A stretch of DNA of 37,172 nucleotides from assembly GCA_964474935.1 (NCBI GenBank), contig CAYYUT010000001.1:1-37172 (forward strand), in the 5' to 3' direction. The notes under the pieces were generated by a model. The model was not told where the DNA came from. It searched no databases and saw only the letters and a list, made by a program, of their open reading frames with translations. Positions within the stretch are counted from its first letter, which is position 1; each line of letters begins with the position of its first letter. A program made the position numbers and the translations under genes. This document shows positions 33,244 to 37,172 of the stretch, one piece after another. This stretch comes from an uncultured Spirochaetales bacterium (GTDB lineage Bacteria > Myxococcota_A > UBA9160 > JAFDDA01).

Positions 33244-34140
33244 TCAGCGCACCTGGCGTTCGAGTACGTCGATCGTCCGGTGATGCCGGAAGCCGACCTT
33301 CTCGTAGGCGCGCAGGGCGGTCCGGTTGGCCGGAGAGAGGAGCAGCAGCGCATCCTCGGCGACCCCTTCGAACTGACGCTGGAGCGACCAGCCCACCAGA
33401 CTCGTCCCGAGCCCCCGGTTGCGCAGGCCCGTTGCCACGCCCACGTAGGCCACCCACACGCGGCGCGGCCAGTGGGTCTCGATCTCGGCGAAGCCCACCA
33501 CCTCGTCTCCCTGCCGTGCCACCGCGTGGAAATGACGCAGACCACCGAGCAGCTCCCGCATGCGATCCTCGCTGCGGTGCGGAAAACCTGCCGACTGATA
33601 GATCGCGAGAATCCCCTCGGCGTCTTCCGGCTTGGCCACCTCGACCGTCACGTCGAGGCCCGACGGACTCCGCCAGTCCGGTGCGGTCTCGCAGCGCATC
33701 AGGAAGTGTTGACGCACGGGAAGGAAGCCGAGCCCGGTGAGCAGCGCGTAGCCCAGCCGGTTACGGGTGCCGATGGCGGCCGTGACGAGCTGGATCCCGA
33801 GCCGGTCGCCCAACTCGAGTCCGGCGCGCAGGAGCTGGCCTCCGAGCCCGTGGCCGCGATGGGCGCGATGGATGATCGGACTCATCAGCCCGGCCATTCG
33901 TTCGTCCGGATGACGCACGAAGCCGACGAGGCCGATCGGACCCTCGCGCTCGTGCTCGGCCACCAGGAGATGCGACTCGGGATCGATTCCGTGCCGTGCG
34001 AACTCGGCCACGAGCTCGCTCTCGCTCTCCCAGAGCGGGTTGAGGACGAAGTCGGCCTCGGCCTTCGCACAGGACCGTGAGAGTGCGGCCAGAGCGGGCG
34101 CATCCTCGGGGCGGAAGGGTCGGATCGGCATCTGCGTCAT
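33244..34140 (-). CDS. Tandem-GNAT acetyltransferase (MshD-like two-domain architecture)
   Basis: ATG at 34140. Two GNAT modules each carry an R/Q-x-x-G-x-G/A motif (HRAHRGHGLGGQLL and TGLRNRGLGTSLV). About 298 aa. Confidence 0.7.
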   Translation of the reverse strand: MTQMPIRPFRPEDAPALAALSRSCAKAEADFVLNPLWESESELVAEFARHGIDPESHLLVAEHEREGPIGLVGFVRHPDERMAGLMSPIIHRAHRGHGLGGQLLRAGLELGDRLGIQLVTAAIGTRNRLGYALLTGLGFLPVRQHFLMRCETAPDWRSPSGLDVTVEVAKPEDAEGILAIYQSAGFPHRSEDRMRELLGGLRHFHAVARQGDEVVGFAEIETHWPRRVWVAYVGVATGLRNRGLGTSLVGWSLQRQFEGVAEDALLLLSPANRTALRAYEKVGFRHHRTIDVLERQVR

Positions 34141-34301
34141 CGTATCACGCGCGTCGTCGGCGAGGGACGGCCGGCCGGTGCGGGCCCGTGCTCGATCGGT
34201 TCCTCGTCGACGGACGCCGACGGACGGCCCTGTCGACGCGCGAGTCGATCACGTAGACTGAGCCAGTTCTTCGCCACTTCGAACCCAGGAGGCCGTCCGT
34301 C

Positions 34302-35408
34302 ATGGCCAAGACCGCCAAGGCCGTCCTCGCCCGCACGCCGGGCCAGGACATCGTCGTCGAAGAGATCCAGGTGGCCTCGCCCCGGCCCGGCGAGGTGATG
34401 ATCCAGGTGGCCGCGTGCGGCGTCTGCGCCAGCGACGCGGCGGCGGCCAGCGGCAAGCTCCCGTTGCCCCCGCCGATCGTGCTCGGCCACGAGGGCGCCG
34501 GGATCGTCGAAGAGGTGGGCGAAGGCGTCACCGATCTCGCACCGGGCGATCACGTGCTCACGAGCTTCATCCCCTGCTGCGGCGAATGCCGCTTCTGCGT
34601 CAGCGGCCAGGGTCAGCTCTGCGACGATCACGGCAAGGTCTTCTTCTCGCTGGCCGACGGCACCACCCGCGTCACCGGCTCGGATGGTAGTCCCCTGAAC
34701 ATCTTCTCGGGATGCGGGGTCATGGCCGAGTACGCCACGGTCGGGCGCAACAGTCTCGTCAAGATCGACGCGGACCTGCCGCTCGACAAGGTGGCGCTCG
34801 TCTCGTGCGGGGTGCTCACCGGGGTGGGAGCCGCGATCAATACGGCGAAGGTCGAGGTGGGCTCGAGCTGCGTCGTCTTCGGGGCCGGCGGGATCGGTCT
34901 CAACGTGATCCAGGGCTGCGCCATTGCCGGCGCCGAGAAGATCATCGCGGTCGACCTGGTCGACAAGAAGCTCGAGATGGCGCAGCAATTCGGGGCCACC
35001 CACGGCATCAACCCGAACGACGACGGACCGGCTCCCATGAAGGTGCTCGAGCTCACGGGCGGCGGCGCCGACTACGCCTTCGAGTGCATCGGTCTCGGGA
35101 ACGTCATCGTCGAGGCCTTCGCCTCGGTTCGGAAGGGCGGCAAGGCCGTGGTCGTCGGAGTCCCCGCCCCCACCGACCTCGCCAACATCCCGGCCATGAT
35201 GGTCGTGGCCCAGGAGAAGCAGCTGCTCGGAAGCTGGTTCGGATCGGGTGTCGCACGGCGCGACTTCCCGCGGCTGCTGGGCGCCTATCGCGGCAATCGG
35301 CTCAAGCTCGACGAGCTCGTCACCACGACCTACCCGATCGACGCGGCGCCGCGCGCCTTCGCCGACCTCAAGGCGGGAGTGAACGCCCGGGGCGTCGTCG
35401 TCTTCTGA
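34302..35408 (+). CDS. Zinc-dependent alcohol dehydrogenase (MDR superfamily, class III-like)
   Basis: The ATG at 34302 is preceded by AGGAGG. Catalytic Zn region CGVCASD...GHEGAG. Structural Zn motif CCGECRFCVSGQGQLC. Rossmann motif VVFGAGGIGLNV. Confidence 0.85.
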   Translation: MAKTAKAVLARTPGQDIVVEEIQVASPRPGEVMIQVAACGVCASDAAAASGKLPLPPPIVLGHEGAGIVEEVGEGVTDLAPGDHVLTSFIPCCGECRFCVSGQGQLCDDHGKVFFSLADGTTRVTGSDGSPLNIFSGCGVMAEYATVGRNSLVKIDADLPLDKVALVSCGVLTGVGAAINTAKVEVGSSCVVFGAGGIGLNVIQGCAIAGAEKIIAVDLVDKKLEMAQQFGATHGINPNDDGPAPMKVLELTGGGADYAFECIGLGNVIVEAFASVRKGGKAVVVGVPAPTDLANIPAMMVVAQEKQLLGSWFGSGVARRDFPRLLGAYRGNRLKLDELVTTTYPIDAAPRAFADLKAGVNARGVVVF

Positions 35409-35427
35409 TCCGCTGCGCTCGAGCCTG

Positions 35428-37020
35428 CTAGACGTCGCCTCCCACGCGTCGGCGGACGCGGTCGACCAGACGCGCGAGTCCCGAGCGGCCGCGCGGGATC
35501 TGGAAGTAGTGGTCGCCGTCGTCCTTGAGCAGCAGCTTCACCCGTTGCCCGGCGAGCACCTGTTCGGGCTCCTCGCCCTCCTCGGGCGCGTGGTCGAGCT
35601 TCGCGAAGGCCCGTCGGCCTCCGATGCGCACCAGCGCGACATGGATCGGGCCGCGGCTGCCCCCCGCCGTCACGTGGATGGTCGTGGCCGCCTCCACGAC
35701 GGCCGCCGCGCCGTGCAGGTTCTCGTCCTCGTCGATCGTGTGCGCCCCGGGCTTCGACTCGAAGTGGAGACGCGGCTGCGCCACCTCTTCGCGCCTGCGC
35801 CGGCCGTCGTTGGCCTCGAGCAGGGTCACGTACACGTTGTTCCCCGGTCCCCCGATCGAGTGCGCCAGCCCGACCCTGGCATCGGGCACCTGGGCGCGAT
35901 GGTTCGGGAACCGCTCGGTGAGCTGGAGATAGGTCTCGGCGATCTGGAAGAGCCCCGTGCCTCCCACGGGATGACCGCGCGCCTTCAGCCCGCCCGACAG
36001 GTTCACGGGCAGGCGCCCCTTCACCCCGGTCCACTCGTTGGCGATGGGGTCGTCGGGCTCGCCGCGCGACGGCCCGATCAGGGCCTCGATGGCCTGCTCG
36101 GGCCGGACCAGCCGCAGGTCGGCGAGGTTCACGGGCAGCAGGCTGTTGAAGGCGTCGTGGGCCTCCGCGCCCAGGCCCGCCACCACCTCCGGGCGCCCGA
36201 TGCCGGCCCGCCAGTAGGCGATGTCGCCCGCACGCCGCGTCGCGTCGAGGGTCGAGAGGCTGGCCCGATCGAGGATCGACGACGTATCGGTGGCCGAGCC
36301 GAGCCCGGCGACCCGGATCCCCTGGGGCTTCGAGGTCAGGACGACGGCCGCAGCACCGTCGCAGATCGGGGAGCAGTCCTTGCGGGTGAGCGGGGTGGCC
36401 ACCGGGAAGTTCTTGAGGGGGTCCCAGTAGCTCTCGAGCGTATCGGGCTTGCCGTGGAAGGCCGCCAGCGGATTCTGGGAGCCGAGCGTGTGGGCCCGGA
36501 GCATCAGCCGCGAGAGCACCTCGGAGAGCGACCTCCCCTGGATCTTGCGCTCCCGGAACCAGGCCTGGGTGACGAGCGCGATCAGGGCCGGCATCGTGAA
36601 GCCGAAGCGCCGTTCGACCGGAGCGACGGTCTTCGACATGATGCTCGTGGCCACCTGGGTGGTGACCGTCTTCATCCGTTCGCCACACAGGACGAGGACG
36701 TTCTCGAACTGACCCGAGGCGACCTTGTAGCAGGCCTCGTGGAATGCGGCGGCGCCGGTGGACGAGGCGGATTCGCTCCGGATGGCCGGGATGCCCGTCA
36801 GACCGAGCCGATCGACCACCTTGGTGGCGATGTTGGCCCGGTTCTCGAACTCCTCGCTGTCCATGATGCCGATCTGTACGGCATCGAAGGCACGGATCGT
36901 CGAGTCTTCGAGGGCGCGTTCGTAGGCGGGGGCGAAGAGGTCGAAGACGCTCTCGAAGATGTTCCCGGTGAGGTCGACCTTCGTGAGACCGACCCCGGCC
37001 ACGTAGACGTCCTTCGCCAT
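35428..37020 (-). CDS. Thiolase-like (SCP-x/nonspecific lipid-transfer type) protein fused to a C-terminal DUF35-like OB-fold domain
   Basis: ATG at 37020 (MAKDVYVAGVGLTK). Thiolase-fold motifs include VASGQFENVLVLCGERM, CDGAAAVVL, GGLKARGHPVGGTG and AHSIGGPG. The C-terminal roughly 120 aa (GAAAVVEAATTIHV...PIHVALVRIGGRRAFAKLD...GQRVKLLL) resemble the OB-fold of DUF35 proteins but contain no Cys for a zinc ribbon. Confidence 0.75.
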   Translation of the reverse strand: MAKDVYVAGVGLTKVDLTGNIFESVFDLFAPAYERALEDSTIRAFDAVQIGIMDSEEFENRANIATKVVDRLGLTGIPAIRSESASSTGAAAFHEACYKVASGQFENVLVLCGERMKTVTTQVATSIMSKTVAPVERRFGFTMPALIALVTQAWFRERKIQGRSLSEVLSRLMLRAHTLGSQNPLAAFHGKPDTLESYWDPLKNFPVATPLTRKDCSPICDGAAAVVLTSKPQGIRVAGLGSATDTSSILDRASLSTLDATRRAGDIAYWRAGIGRPEVVAGLGAEAHDAFNSLLPVNLADLRLVRPEQAIEALIGPSRGEPDDPIANEWTGVKGRLPVNLSGGLKARGHPVGGTGLFQIAETYLQLTERFPNHRAQVPDARVGLAHSIGGPGNNVYVTLLEANDGRRRREEVAQPRLHFESKPGAHTIDEDENLHGAAAVVEAATTIHVTAGGSRGPIHVALVRIGGRRAFAKLDHAPEEGEEPEQVLAGQRVKLLLKDDGDHYFQIPRGRSGLARLVDRVRRRVGGDV

Positions 37021-37058
37021 GCGGCGAAATGATAGCCTAGGAAGGTGGAGTGCTCGTG

Positions 37059-37172
37059 ATGCGTTGGGTCTGGATCATCCTGGTCGTGATCGTCGTGCTG
37101 GTGCTCGTGGGCCGATTCGTCGGCGGCGCGCAGGGCCCGACCATCGAGGCCGGGAGCGTGCTGGTCGTCCCG
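37059..37172 (+). CDS. Membrane protein, 5' fragment (possibly SppA-type signal peptide peptidase)
   Basis: The ATG at 37059 (or GTG at 37056) follows GGTGGAG. The translation MRWVWIILVVIVVLVLVGRFVGGAQGPTIEAGSVLVVP has an N-terminal TM helix. The ORF continues past the window end. The family guess rests only on the N-terminal pattern. Confidence 0.4.
   Translation, partial: MRWVWIILVVIVVLVLVGRFVGGAQGPTIEAGSVLVVP

Overview
This is a very GC-rich, densely packed bacterial chromosomal segment. G/C dominates third codon positions, so long Arg-rich antisense ORFs are artefacts. I can support about 36 protein-coding genes. I recognised no rRNA, tRNA, CRISPR array, transposase or integrase. Starts were placed by reading the sequence for RBS motifs, stop/start overlaps and domain boundaries, because the ORF track renders GTG/TTG starts as M and often starts upstream of the likely true start.

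Gene content, left to right:
- A partial GST-like gene.
- A Cache/HAMP class III nucleotide cyclase.
- A tight three-gene operon: PEP-CTERM protein, BNR/sialidase-like protein, SOUL-like protein.
- A PlsC-type acyltransferase with a small secreted protein.
- A three-gene aromatic ring-cleavage module: FAH-family enzyme, two-domain VOC dioxygenase, MhpA-like FAD monooxygenase.
- A Na+/solute symporter translationally coupled to a GT4 glycosyltransferase.
- A vWA-OmpA lipoprotein.
- An MTH1-like Nudix hydrolase.
- A TPR-zincin fusion followed by glcDEF.
- Leptospira-type citramalate synthase followed by two large lipoproteins of unknown function.
- An RluA-family pseudouridine synthase and a flavodoxin-like protein.
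- An ECF sigma/anti-sigma pair with a divergent double zinc-ribbon protein.
- An O-methyltransferase with a small TPR protein.
- Two GNAT genes, a membrane metallophosphoesterase and a Zn alcohol dehydrogenase.
- A thiolase-like/OB-fold fusion.
- A partial membrane protein.

Most noteworthy observations:
1. Seven head-to-tail 15-bp repeats end on the symporter start codon, next to the window's only AT-rich island, which holds overlapping divergent promoter candidates and an operator-like palindrome.
2. The PEP-CTERM/BNR/SOUL operon.
3. The overlapping pair of uncharacterised lipoprotein genes downstream of cimA.
4. The thiolase-like/OB-fold fusion, whose nucleophile position appears by eye to be Ser rather than Cys.

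All functional calls come from motif and domain recognition by eye. No database search was run.
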